A stretch of DNA of 64,000 nucleotides, from assembly GCA_964187785.1 (NCBI GenBank), contig OZ076409.1, positions 8,992,001 to 9,056,000 of the forward strand, written 5' to 3'. The DNA is from Amphiscolops sp. MND2022 (lineage: Eukaryota). Numbering within the stretch: position 1 is the stretch's first letter; the number at the start of each line of letters is the position of its first letter. Below the pieces are notes generated by a model. It was not told the DNA's origin. It did no database searches and saw only the letters and a list, made by a program, of their open reading frames with translations. The translations under genes and the position numbers were made by a program. This document shows, piece after piece, positions 23,607-36,117 of the stretch.

Positions 23607-24600
23607 GTCCTGCATTTTTGAAAGTGAACAGGGCTGCCTCAAATCCATCGATGAAAGCTCGTGACCTTACATTGCGATCTCTCACAGTTTCCGCTTCATA
23701 CGCTGTTGCGAGGAGGTACTCCCCGAGAATCTCCAACCCGATTTGATCATACGTCCTGCCACACCAGTCGCAAAAACCAGCGATGTTGGGCATCACAGTG
23801 GGGGACAGGCGATATGCGTCTCTCTCTCTGGGGGGCAACAACAGGAAACTTGTACTGTGGCTAGTTTGTACTGTAAGTCCATAGCGTGCTTGTTGTTGGG
23901 CATGCAAACCTCCTGGGCTGGCTATGAATATGGGTGCGTTCTGTGGAATTTGGATCATCATTGGGACGACGTTCTGCTGTAGTGGCATACTAATAAAAGG
24001 AAAATTTGGGTTGGCAATAATTGGTCTGTTTTGATAGACACTGTTCCCAGAACCAGGATTCACTGGTTGTACTTCCTGTATGTCATTTCTTGTTAGGTCA
24101 AAGTTGCTCGTTTGAGGCAAGTAACCAGGTGGGTATGTCGGCACAGGACAGGTAACCGTTCCTCTGCCCCTACCAAGACCCCTTGGAGTCGGTAAAATTG
24201 AGGCGGTCGGACGGCCATAGCTATTCGCAGGCATGCTTCCACTCATTTCCAGTTCATCTGGGGACTCTGGGGATTCTTCGAATTCTGTATCTATAAACGA
24301 TGGTGGCGAGACTGAACCATTGCTCGAGTGTTCCTCCACCAGTTCCATCAGTTGTCTTTCGATCTGTGATCCATCAGTATCAATGACCTCCTCAGTTTGG
24401 TAGGGAATCGAAAAGGAGGGAAACAGAGTTGCGGCGGCTGCGCCCACAAAGGCTGACATGGCATCTGAGGAAGGGCCTCCCACTCGGAATCTCTCGTCCA
24501 GAGCTTGAACATTTCCTGGTTCCACCATAAACTCTTCCCCGGACTCACTGGAAACGTCGATAACTGAGGGCGAAGAGATCTCGTCTATGTTGGTTTGCAT
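23563..24600 (-). CDS. Element A 3' accessory ORF (acidic/Pro-rich with C-terminal CxxC domain), ends inside the 3' LTR
   Basis: 345-aa ORF with ATG; GFCDWCGRTYDQI..EI..GEYL...RAFIDG aligns by eye with the element B ORF at 54547-55218. Confidence 0.8.
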   Translation of the reverse strand: MQTNIDEISSPSVIDVSSESGEEFMVEPGNVQALDERFRVGGPSSDAMSAFVGAAAATLFPSFSIPYQTEEVIDTDGSQIERQLMELVEEHSSNGSVSPPSFIDTEFEESPESPDELEMSGSMPANSYGRPTASILPTPRGLGRGRGTVTCPVPTYPPGYLPQTSNFDLTRNDIQEVQPVNPGSGNSVYQNRPIIANPNFPFISMPLQQNVVPMMIQIPQNAPIFIASPGGLHAQQQARYGLTVQTSHSTSFLLLPPRERDAYRLSPTVMPNIAGFCDWCGRTYDQIGLEILGEYLLATAYEAETVRDRNVRSRAFIDGFEAALFTFKNAGLSQPRTCVGSGEQQ

Positions 24601-25942
24601 TCTTCTGTTTTATTGTTGGGTTCTACTGTAATGTATTTTTTAGAGAAAGTTCTCACAAACTTATTTGGAGTGAAAGAGCTGCTGAATGTGAATTGAATTG
24701 AAAACCATATGGTGATCTCTCTTCTCTTTCCTTCTGACTTTGGAGGAAAACCCGCGGAAAAATTGCGTGTCATGTTCTGATCCTTTAACTTCCCTTATAA
24801 GGGTTTTATAGAGGATAGGTTTTCGGGTTTCATCCATAATAAGTTGTAAACAATTTCCATAAAAGGTGTTTCACTTAAAGCTCCAACGGATCATCAGTCA
24901 TCATCAAAGCTTACAGTTTTCCTCTGATATTCAAATGATATATAAACAAATTCATCCTAACTTCAAAGTAACTAGCTAAGAAATATTTTCATGGAAGTAT
25001 TCATTTAAACAGTTCAGAATTAAATATATTTAATCCTTCATGACTAGGTAAACATGAAAATAGAAAATATTAACGTGAATGTTTCATTTCAAATTCAGAT
25101 TATTACAGGATCAAAGTTTATTTTTAAGGAAAAACATAGTTTAATCCCGGTCCTGCAATTTTGAAAAATGCAACAGGGTTAGCAATAGTGCAAATAAGTT
25201 TACATGTTTATTGGTAAATCCATTTAGGAAAACTTGCAAAGGGTACCAGCAGTCTAGAAGAGATCTCGTCTATGTTGGTTTGCATTCTTCTGTTTTATTG
25301 TTGGGTTCTACTGTAGTGTATTTTTTAGAGAAAGTTCTCACAAACTTATTTGGAGTGAAAGAGCTGCTGAATGTGAATTGAATTGAAAACCATATGGTGA
25401 TCTCTCTTCTCTTTCCTTCTGACTTTGGAGGAAAACCCGCGGAAAAATTGCGTGTCATGTTCTGATCCTTTAACTTCCCTTATAAGGGTTTTATAGAGGA
25501 TAGGTTTTCGGGTTTCATCCATAATAAGTTGTAAACAATTTCCATAAAAGGTGTTTCAGTTAACGCTCCAACGGATCATCAGTCATCATCAAAGCTTACA
25601 GTTTTCCTCTGATATTCAAATGATATATAAACAAATTCATCCTAACTTCAAAGTAACTAGCTAAGAAATATTTTCAAGGAAGTATTCATTTAAACAGTTC
25701 AGAATTAAATATATTTAATCCTTCATGACTAGGTAAACATGAAAATAGAAAATATTAACGTGAATGTTTCATTTCAAATTCAGATTATTACAGGATCAAA
25801 GTTTATTTTTAAGGAAAAACAGAGTTTAATCCCGGTCCTGCATTTTGAAAAATGCAACAGGGTTAGCAATAGTGCAAATAAGTTTACATGTTTATTGGTA
25901 AATCCATTTAGGAAAACTTGCAAAGGGTACCAGCAGTCTAGA
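24572..25942. repeat. 685-bp tandem duplication inside element A
   Basis: GAAGAGATCTCGTCTATG at 24572 and 25257; copies differ by a few substitutions and one indel. Confidence 0.93.
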
Positions 25943-26129
25943 CTTTTGAAAACATAATAAAATCAAAAGAGCATCAGTGTCGTATTCACACGTTAATAGT
26001 GTCACATGTGTTTTGTCATTAAGAATATGTAGTTTCTTCGTCATATTGCATAATACCATCCATTCATACGCTTCTAATCATTGACAATATTAATCCACTC
26101 CTTTGGAATGCATACAGCGAAAACTGCAG

Positions 26130-26275
26130 GACGCCGAGTATGCGTCATTACTCGATCCGCATACTGCCGCATAGTCCTTGCCTGCAATTCCGCATACTGC
26201 CGCATACTCGTCACTGCAATTCCGCATACTGCCGTATACTCGCTGTTAGTCGATCCGCATACTGCCGTATGCTCT
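26130..26275. repeat. Degenerate CCGCATA-containing ~30-bp repeats
   Basis: TCCGCATACTGCCGCATA repeated; same motif family at 23095-23280, 29570-29810 and 38210-38395. Confidence 0.75.
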
Positions 26276-26639
26276 AGCATACAAACCATTCCAATTTGGT
26301 TCGTATTAGCGTATTTGCATGTATTCTCTCATCCAGAATCCACAATGAGTCAATCAATCACGCCGGCAGACGAAATTGACATTTAATTAACCAATCAGAT
26401 TATAGTATTCTCTTGCACATTTGCGCAAACTTGCATCATTTGCTCTTTGCCTTCTTTTACGCCACGCCTTCTTACGTATATTGCATTTTCAGTCAACTTA
26501 TTGTTAATTTCCTTGTTCAGTCTTTAGTCGTAGTTCACACATACAGAAGCAGTTCATCCATATCTTCCCCGACTTCCTTACATAACATTTCCAGCAGGAA
26601 AATTTCAAATTCGCATAATTTCATTACTCTTTTGGGATA

Positions 26640-29600
26640 ATGGATTCTACACCTGGCGGGTCAGGTTCTTCAGGCAAACGAAGATCCAGAAAAGATCAAT
26701 CGCCACATCACCGCGACGACTTTTGGAGTGATTTACCTCTCAATCCGATGTCCGGTAAGCTCAACTCATTTGTTTTGATTTGGTTCATTTTGATTCAGAT
26801 TTGAGACTTTTTGGTTTTTTGCAAAGCTGGCCAGGCTTGCAACTTGAAAATGGCTAGCGAAAATGTCTAGTCCAAATTCGGGTTTTTTGAAACGTTTTCG
26901 CTTCGAACTTCTAAGCTACTTCCGTTCTACTTTCATTTCCTGTCCCCGCGTCCGGTTTCAGGCATTTTCAAACGTGTTTCGCTTGCTAGATCAGATCCAC
27001 TTCCTTCTTTCATTAGGTAATAGATCATTGTTTTAGTTGAACTCTGGACTTCTCGGACTTCACCAGAAAAATCGCCTCACAAAACTGCCGCCACTTCAGA
27101 AAAATCTCCTTCTGTAAAGACGCCTGACAAAGTGTTTACCCCACTAGGAGTAGCTTCGCCTAGAGCAGCCAGTCTCCAAGTTCCCTTTGTGTCTCCTAGT
27201 GCTCAACCTCTCAGCATTGACGAGGGTATAGAAGTAGTAACTACCCCTGCATCTGTGAATCGTGAAGAGAACTGCTCAGCACAGGAACCAAAACAGAGAG
27301 CTGAATTACACTCCCCAGATAGACGTGTCAATCTTGGTGAAACAGCTGCAACTACCCCCACCACTAACATGGGCGATTTTAATCCAGTATTACAGCATGA
27401 CTTTACCGGGACTTATCCTGCCCCCCAAATTGCCCAGGCTTCTCCTTTCCAACTCGGGCAGTATTTGACTCCAACTTTACTTGATGACGCTACGGGGGAA
27501 AATCCCACTCTACTCGATGACCCCGCCAATTCAGAGATTGGAAATCTTGGACTTCAAGAAACCACCCGCACTGCTCCTACTGAAGGGGACTTTACTGACG
27601 TTGCCTATCCCAGCCTTAACGTCACTCGGCAGGAGATTCTGACACTAAGTAGTGTCTTAGAACGAATCCCACAGAACTTCATGTCCGGCGAAGGGGTAGA
27701 TGCTAATCAGCCCTTATCGCTAACTGTCGTGGATCACACTCTGGATCCTACACTCCTAGCTACATCAAGTCAGGAAGACCTTCCCGGACCCTCATCGTCC
27801 AGACCTCTGTCATCTGAAGGGCATGAAAGGCAACAGACAACACATGGCAAGAGGAGGAGACCTAGGTACTCACTGACAGTCAGTATGCTCAGGAAACATC
27901 CAGTACTTAAATTTTCCGCAACCGGTCCTCTGGATGCTGAGAAAACACCTTACAAGTGGTGGTGTAGAGTATGTAGGACGGAACTATCGCTGATGAGCCG
28001 GGGACCGTTGGAATTAATTTCGCATTACCGTTCAGACACTCATTTGACGAAAGAACACCGAATTCGCATGGAAATTCCTGGCACCCCACTGTTTGACAAG
28101 GATGGGAAAGAAATTCTAGGGATTTCCCTTCAGGAAGCAAAGAAGGTGGCTAGAGACTCCCACCCAATTGCTCCCCAATTGGACTCACGTCATCCTTTGG
28201 TCGGCCAATCTGCTGTACCTGCACTAGGAGTCGTATCTAGTCCGACCGACAAAGTCCTCTTTCAAATCGCCGTCTTGGAACATGGACTCAGACATGGGGG
28301 TCACATTAAGAGCGTCACAGGGATCTACGAGGAATTGTCTCGACTGATGTCCAATGACCAATCGACCACCCAAAATTGGAGTGAGCAACGAGTGTTTGTA
28401 AGTACTTTTCTCTACCTTGCTGATCTTAGTTAGCATTCCCTTACTAGGTTGTTATTCATGCTATGTTTTTTCAACAGGGAATTCTCGTGTACATGTTCAG
28501 AGAATTGATGAACTACTGCGTTACCATGACCACTTCTTCTGGGGCATATTCACTAGCAGTACAGCATTCACCAACCCATTCCTTTGTGATTTTATCATTC
28601 TGGTCGGGGAATGTCTTTCACCGTGTCTGCTTAGGCAGTTCTCCTCGAGGACTATTACTCCCCCGGAGGATTCTTAATTTGCTTGCCTCTTTCCTCAGCC
28701 TTTTTGACGTTCCCCCTTCGTGTATTGCACTTATTGGGGTTGGAGACAAGTTAGATGATTGCTTGTCAAACACTTTACCAGGCTCAAAAAGACCATGTAT
28801 TGTCAATACTTATGGGACTACCGACCTCGAAGTTAGTTTAACACTGCCGACAGTCCAAATAATTGAACGTCACGATTTTCGCACAATTTTGGACTTTCTC
28901 CTCATGAAATTGAGGACTGCACTTGACCGTGACTGGTTGCAGAGCTTGCCTACCCTTCATAAGGTATTTCTCACTCTTGGCTGTTTTCAATTTTGTTTCA
29001 CACAATCTTAAAGTCTCTCGTTTCAGTGTGTAATTCGCCTCGAGTACTCATTAGATGAAGCATCAGTTATCATTGAAGAATTGTCAAACCATTGGGATCG
29101 TGTTCGGGAGCATTTGAACCAGGTAGCAAGACTCCCAGTATACCGATTCCACATGAGAGTGGTTATTACACTTCCCAATAATCCCATTTCTTTGGAATTA
29201 CTTTGTTACTCAATATATTTTCTCTTAATTCAGCCGAACACTCTCGACGAATGTTTCCGCTTGGATACAGCCTATTTAGCCAGACTCTTCATCATCAGAT
29301 GCGTGTTAGACCACTGTTAGTTGCTCCACATCTTCTGATAAAGTATTGTAGTATCATTTGTTACCGGTTTTTAAATTTTCTGTTCAATCATTTTGTAATT
29401 CGTGCCTTCCCGTTTCGAAATAGGAGCCGTGAGGTCGTCATTTATCCATTCTACCAGTCATTTACTGTAGCACATGCATTTGCTTTCAATTTTGTAACAA
29501 TGATGAATAGTCATCGTATCTCCATTCGCATATTTGCGTATAACCATTTGTATATGCCTAAGGTAGTAGCATATAATCGTCACTGCTATTTCCGCATAGT

Positions 29601-31008
29601 GACGCATAGTCGTCGCACCTCGATCCGCATGTTGACGTATAGTCGTCATACCTTGATCCGCATGGTGACGTATAGTCGTCATACCTTGATCCGCATAGTG
29701 ACGTATAGTCGTCATACCTTGATCCGCATAATGCCGCATAGTTAATTTCTTTCAATCCGTATAATGGCGAGTATTCATTGCGCTTCAATCCGCATAATGC
29801 CGTATAGTTCCCGTATGATATTCCGTATAGTGTAGATATTTACTATACGTTTGCTCTCGTTTCATATTACTATGCAGCATATGAAATTGATTCAGACATA
29901 GCTGATCAATTAGTGCTGTTTTTGTGTTGTTTGTCCAAACGTGTTGGTGCAATAATATATTCCGAACAAATGTGTTCCATTACGTAGATTTTGGTATGTT
30001 TCAGATAATTCGGCCTTTTCGGAAGTAGAGAAGCGCATTGAAGGCGGATTTCGTTTGTACAATCAATTTGCCGTCTTCATATACAGTCAATTACAAAGTA
30101 TACTACCCGATAGTGTGCTAGGGAGTATTTCCGATTGGGACAGATATCTCACTATTGATCTCGACCAAACTGAGCTTCCTTACAAGACGTCTAGTGAATT
30201 TATTTTGAATGAAGACTTCCACAAGTTGGTTTTGGCAAGTAGGTTACCCCGTCCGGGGAAATTTGTGGACCAATCGATCGCCTTTTGTAAGGCTTTCTGC
30301 AAGTTACTGCTGTGCCACGATGTCATAAAGTCGGACTTAATCAGGGGGTTGTCAGCTTTTGACTCCAGTGTTATGATCGAGGGTCCCGAGGAACACTATT
30401 CCAGTGCAATTGAGAAGCTGTCGTGTTACTTTTCTAGTGCCGGGTGGATTTCAAGCAGCGATAAAGTAAAGATCATTAGTCAGTATCGTTCCTTTGTTAC
30501 TAAACTCCGTGCTGGACCAATACCAGAATACGAAGATTGGGTACATTTTTTGTCGTCTCATTATGAGATCCGGTGTCGTCCAGAGTTGCTTCAGCTTTAT
30601 AAGTACTCTTGCTTATGCTTGCCTCCTCTTATCGAAATGTCTCCAGAATTCACTGTTCCAGTTCTACGTTTAGAAGGTAATACTGAGTCCTTTCAGTCAT
30701 GCTTGCGGAGTTTACAGGCTTCCTATTTAACTGTCCCACACGTATCAAGTCTGTATCGTGATCCAAAATCTATCCCTCGAGTCTTCCGGCTTCTGGGACG
30801 TGGTGAGGATCTACTTACCGACAAGAGCTTTTACAATCTACTTTTACGAACCGAGAAGCCACCCATAACTTCAAGCAGTACAACACCTAGTGTTAGTCGG
30901 CACAGCAGTATAAATAGTTCGCCGTCCCCTGACCCTTCACTAAGCAGAGTTAGCCTGGAAGTTCCTCGCTGTGGAGACCTGGAAGCTGGAGGAGCATCAA
31001 AAAAATGA
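26640..31008 (+). CDS. Spliced antisense accessory gene of element A (~1047 aa): disordered N-terminus, BED-like zinc finger, degenerate hAT-transposase-like body. Predicted exons 26640-26754, 27037-28397, 28478-28963, 29027-29122, 29234-29315, 30005-31008
   Basis: All five GT-AG introns keep the frame (3144 nt total); WWCRVCRTELS...SHYRSDTHL; homologue in element B. Confidence 0.75.
29570..29810. repeat. 30-bp tandem repeat in predicted intron 5 of the antisense gene
   Basis: Unit GATCCGCATRGTGACGTATAGTCGTCATACCTT-like, ~5 good copies. Confidence 0.85.
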
Positions 31009-31227
31009 AGAATAAGTCTGGAAAAAACAAGATGACGAATTGAGAGTGTTCTCGCTTGACTTTGGATCTGTGTATTACTAGTTTGTTTTGTTTGTTTCGG
31101 AAGCCTTATTCTATCCGACTATTTACTCATTTAGTTGTATCTTCTTTGAATGAACTGATAATTCGTCTAGTTACGAACTGAAAAGACAGGAAAGAGATAA
31201 GAGAACGACTCTTCTGTGTGTGTTTTT

Positions 31228-34200
31228 TTAGTATCTGTAAGAGTCAGAGTAGTTTGGGTTGGGATTGGGGCGTAAGTTGTATTTTTCACCACGAGTATTT
31301 ATGGGTTCTTCTCGCAATGGGGTATTTTGTGATTTTTCTAGGGTTTTTTGGGTATCATCAACCGATGAATTATTTGGTTCTTTTTGAGTTTTTTGGGTAT
31401 TTTCATCATCTTCACTGATGTGTTGTGGAATTTCATTTTCATGATTGTCGCAATTTTGATCTGGTTCAGTGGTCTGTTCCACTGGGCTCCCCCCACTATT
31501 TTTTGAAGATCCTGGGGAGGGAGGGCGGTTATCATTAGGTATTTGGATTGGAGTATATTCGGTTTCCTCAGTGTCTTCTGAGTATTCTGAAGGACCATCT
31601 TCAAACGGATTAGATCCAAAATTTGTATTCCATGATTGGGCATATAGATCATCATTTGCTATAGGCATCTGGTCATCTTTTTGCCAATCAGTTTCGCGGA
31701 CAAAAATATCTGCTAATGGAGCTTGCGGAGTGAATTTTCGCAGGCGTATCCTGTGTAGCAGTTGCGTTTTGTTAGTACCAAGTCTCCTGACAATATAATT
31801 TTTGTTAGGGAGCACTTTTTCCACTTTATATGGACCACACCATCTGAATTCTCGAAATGGTATTTTCGTCGCTTGCGTGTCGGCTTTTGGGTTGAGAATG
31901 TAGCAATAGTCCGTCGTTTCGAGCGGTGCTGCTTTGGCTTTCCTATCATAGTAGGCTTTGTACTTGAGATAGGATTGCATGATATTTTTCTTTGTTTGAT
32001 CTAAAAGGATTTTCATGCGTTTTTGTATTTCTTCTGCCACATCTGCCTGTGGTTGATATCGTGGGTTAGGGTTATATCCGAGTTTATAGTCTAGGATATT
32101 ATGTGGTATTATGCCATGGAAGACTCGTGAAGGTTCACAACTGAGTGATGCATGGTATGATGTGTTATGGTTAAGGACTGCTAACGGGAGATATTTATGC
32201 CAGTTATTCCTGAATTCGCCTGTTGCAGCTTTTAGGTGTGTTTTCACTGAGGCATGGGTTCTCTCGAGGAGTCCTATTGTTTGGGCATGTTTCATTGTTG
32301 CGTGTTTAAGTTCAATTCCCAGCACTGCAGCAACTTCGTGAGTTACTTGAGTGTTGAATTGAGTGCCTAAATCTGTGATTATCGTTGTTGGAAGGTAGGT
32401 GTGCTTGCATAGTATATCCATGATGACTCTTGATACTGCTGTGGCGGTAATACGAGTCACGGGATAAGCAAACAAGTATCTCGAGAAGACATCTATTGCT
32501 GTGATGATGTGATCATAACCTCCGCTAGAGGGGAGGTTTGGTAGAATATCCATCTGTAGAATGTCTTCCGGGCCAAGATCCCATTCTGGGCAATTAAGAA
32601 GTTCGGTTCTGAGGAGATCGTTGTTGATACGTTTCGTTTGAATGCAGACTTGGCAGTTACTGACCCATTTTTTAATGTATTTAGCCATACATGGGTAGTA
32701 ATATTTTTGTCTTGCTTCCTGAATCATTTTCGTGATTCCTGGGTGGTTTGAATTATGGCCATGAAGGGCTTGTAAGAGTTCATCTAAAAGTTGAACCAGT
32801 AGGAGAATCTGGTAGTGAGATGTGGTTCCTGTGTCCGTATAGTATTTTCGGGTGAGGACTTCTTGTTTAATTTCTATTCTTGTTATGTTTTGTAGGTAGT
32901 GTTGGTATCTGTAGTCTGATGCCAACTCATTCTCGTCGAAGGGGTTGCCTTCGATTTTTGCTCTCAGGTTTCTGAGGACTACGTCATTATTCTGCTCGAG
33001 GCGGATTTTTGCATTGTCCTTGAAGTATCCTGATGAAATAGAGATTAATCCTGAGGTGGGTTTGTGAAATTGTTGTAGTTCAGCGACCTAATTTTCGGGG
33101 TCGTTGTGTGTTTCAGTTTGAGCTTGATTTCGGATATTTTGTTTTTCTTCCCGAAGTTGTGTTTCGTCGATTTCATCATCTGGGAGAACATAGATTTGTT
33201 CTTCTTCAGCGATGCCTGTTGATTGGATATTCACTTCAATTGCTTTTGTGTGAATATCATTACGAATATTCATTTCAAGTTTTTCTGTTGGGTCGACTTC
33301 TGTTCTAGATAAGAAGTCTGCTGCGGTATTCATCGAGCCAGCAACATGGGCGATTACAAAATTGTATTGCAGGACATAATCGCATGCATTCCATAGTGCT
33401 GGAGGAATCATTTTTGTTTGGAAAAAACTAGTTAATGATCGATTGTCTGTGAAGACTATGACTGGGAAGGTGGTTCCCCACAAGAGGTGGCCAAATTCCA
33501 CGAATGCAAAATATATGGAAAGAAATTCTTTCGCATATATTGACATTTTCGTTTGAGTTGGATTAAAAGTTTTTGAACCGAATGCGATGGGTGCATAGGT
33601 TTTACGTTTGGATTGCAGTTTTTGGTTTGGGTCGTCTTCTATCATTATTGCGTATCCTGCTGCCATAAAACTGGCATCGGACATGACTATCAATTGTTTG
33701 TCTTTCAGGGGTTGCTTTAGTGCCAATTGACAAGAGTTTTCGAGTAGTTTGTTGAGGTTTGTGAAATCTTCTACCAAGTTTGTTGGTACGTAAAATTTGG
33801 ATGTTTCTTTAAGTAGTTTAAAGAAAGGAGAAAGTCGTTCTGAAAGGCGTGGAATATAGTTGCGATAGTAGTTTAAAAATCCGATATATCTCTGCAACGC
33901 CTTCTTTGATTTTGGAAAGCGAAGTTTTGAGAGGAAGTCTTTCACTTTGTCGGCTTGTGGGGCGACTCCATGGGGAGTTATTGTGCGACCCAAGAAATCA
34001 ACTTGTTTGACTCCGAAATGACATTTCGACTTGGAAAGTTTCAATCCCGCATTGCGCCTGCATTCGAAGACTGTTCTGATGTTTGTGCACAATTGTTTTG
34101 TGTCATTCGCTGCTATGCCAATGTCGTCTACATATTGGGCACATTGGTCTGCTTTTATTGCCTTGTCCAGGTACTCTCTCATGAAGCTTGAGAATGCAGA

Positions 34201-36117
34201 GAGTGATCTGCTGAAGCCCTGGGCGAGACGACGGTATGCAAATGTTCTGCTTGCAAAATTAAAAGCTAGCATCTGAATTGATTGGTAGTCTGCCATTTGT
34301 AGGCAGTGGTAAGCCTGGGAGCAATCTAGTTTGCAGAAAAGTTTTTTTCATGCCATGTGTTGAGCTGCATCCGACAAAGTGCTTACCGGGTGATTATTAT
34401 TGGTATAATCTTCAGTTATTAAGTTATTGATTTTCCTTAGGTCAACAAGGAGCCTAAGGCGCCCATTGGGTTTGCGTTGTGCAAATATGGGACTCGCGTA
34501 TTTAGAGAAGGGTAGATTTGTGATAATCCCATATTTGAGGAGAAGTGCAAGTTCTACCGTGATGTCATCCTTTAGGTTAATCGGCGTTGGTAGGCTTTGG
34601 CTATAAGCAGGTCTGTCATCATTTGGTGTAAGTTTTATTTTGAATTCACGATTTATGCCAATATCGAAACGATGTCTGGCAAAAATGTCATGGAATTCAA
34701 TGAGGATTTCTTCAATTTCCTGTTGTTCTTCATGGTTGAGTGTCGTATCAGACCAGTCGAAGTTCGACAGGAAAGCTTTTCGAGAAGATTCGTTGTCATG
34801 TGGATTCAATTTCTCGAGTTCTTTTAGTTCGAGAAGTTCGTTGTAAATTCTTTGCTGAATTGGGGTGTAGGTAGCTGGGTCACCTGGTTCTTCAGGTGAT
34901 GGGAACCAGTATGTTTCGTGGTCAGTATTTGGTTGGGGGACCTTTAGCAATTCATTTATGTAGACCTCTGTTGTCTCTTCATATTGTATCATGAAAGATA
35001 GCAACGCTGGGTCTACCGGTTGGATGTGTTTAATTTGTTCTGGAGTTAGTATCTTGAAATCCGCTAAATGGGTATCAAGGGTTATTGTATATGGGAGTTC
35101 GGAGAAATTGATGATTTGATATCCGATGGCATTGTTAGTGACAGTGCTGAGTGATGATGTGATAAATATGCTATCGTGGTTTTCAAATTGTTGTGATGGT
35201 GTGACAATTCCTGTCGCATCATGATCCATCAGATGAGGCATTTTGCTTGCTATGGCAAGTGTTTCCCCTGGTTGTAGGGTATAGGTATTTTCGGCAAACA
35301 ATGGTGTTGCTTGGCGTATTGCTGTTTGTGTATCAGGCTTGAGCTGCATCGAGAGGTAGGGAAAAGTTAAGATGCCTTGACTGACATCAAAAATTGCATT
35401 GTTCCTTCTGAGGAAACAAAATCCGATGAGTGGGTTTGGTAGGTTTTTCATGACGATGAAATTTTCCCTCAACATGAAAGCAGCCACTTCGAATTCAAGT
35501 AATACAGTACCAATTGGAACTTCCAGTTGTCCATTAGCCACCATAATTTGGAAGTTTGGTGGGGGACCAGTTTCTTTTATAGCTTCACTTGCTAGGAGTT
35601 TGATTTTGTTGAGGGCTTGTTCAGAGATTGCGCTTGTACGCGCTCCTGTATCGATAAGACCATCAAGCGTAAGTTTTTCGAAATCCATTGGTATGTAGTA
35701 CATATGGCGTTTTCTCTTCAATGTCAAGGAGGTTGAGATTGGAAGGTATGACAAGTTCCGTTCCTTGTCGAATTGTATATGTTCAGAGAGATCTTCATCT
35801 AAAAGTGGTTGTTTTTCTTCATTGCAAGAAGGTTTTATTATAACATGAATTTTTGGAGTGTGGTGAATTTCTGGAGTTGGGTCATTTTTGGGATGGGTTG
35901 GTTGTTGTGGAAAGTAATTGTCTGGTGCATCGTGCAAAAGTTCGTATAAGTCTTCAGTTTGAGTTTCTAGAGTCGATTGCTGCGAATTTTGTGTCGTTAG
36001 TTCAGTTTCGCAAACTGCTGTTTTTGTGGGTTTTGGGCTCAGCGGATGCTGCCAGTCATCTGCTAAGTTTTGTTTTTGTGGTGATTTTGTGTAGAGGCGT
36101 GGCGTTTCTAGTTTAAA
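31228..36117 (-). pseudogene. pol: pol of element A (protease, RT, RNase H, integrase); single frame with two in-frame stops
   Basis: LIDTGA; RLLVDLRKIN; QYVDDI; MSDAS..YAKEFL..FTDN..ADFLSR; H-H-C-C; MDIL..ITDLGTQF..LERTH; WCGPYKV. Stops at 34348 and 33088. Confidence 0.95.

Noticed and set aside
23563..24600. env gene at the classic third-ORF position
   Set aside because: No signal peptide, furin site plus fusion peptide, or transmembrane anchor
29203..29788. ORFs of 76-180 aa on both strands, or a CRISPR-like array
   Set aside because: Produced by a 30-bp tandem repeat in a predicted intron; no spacers or cas genes; eukaryotic context
26640..31008. Independent hAT DNA transposon nested in the Gypsy element
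   Set aside because: No TIRs or 8-bp TSD seen, and a homologue sits at the same position and relative orientation in diverged element B
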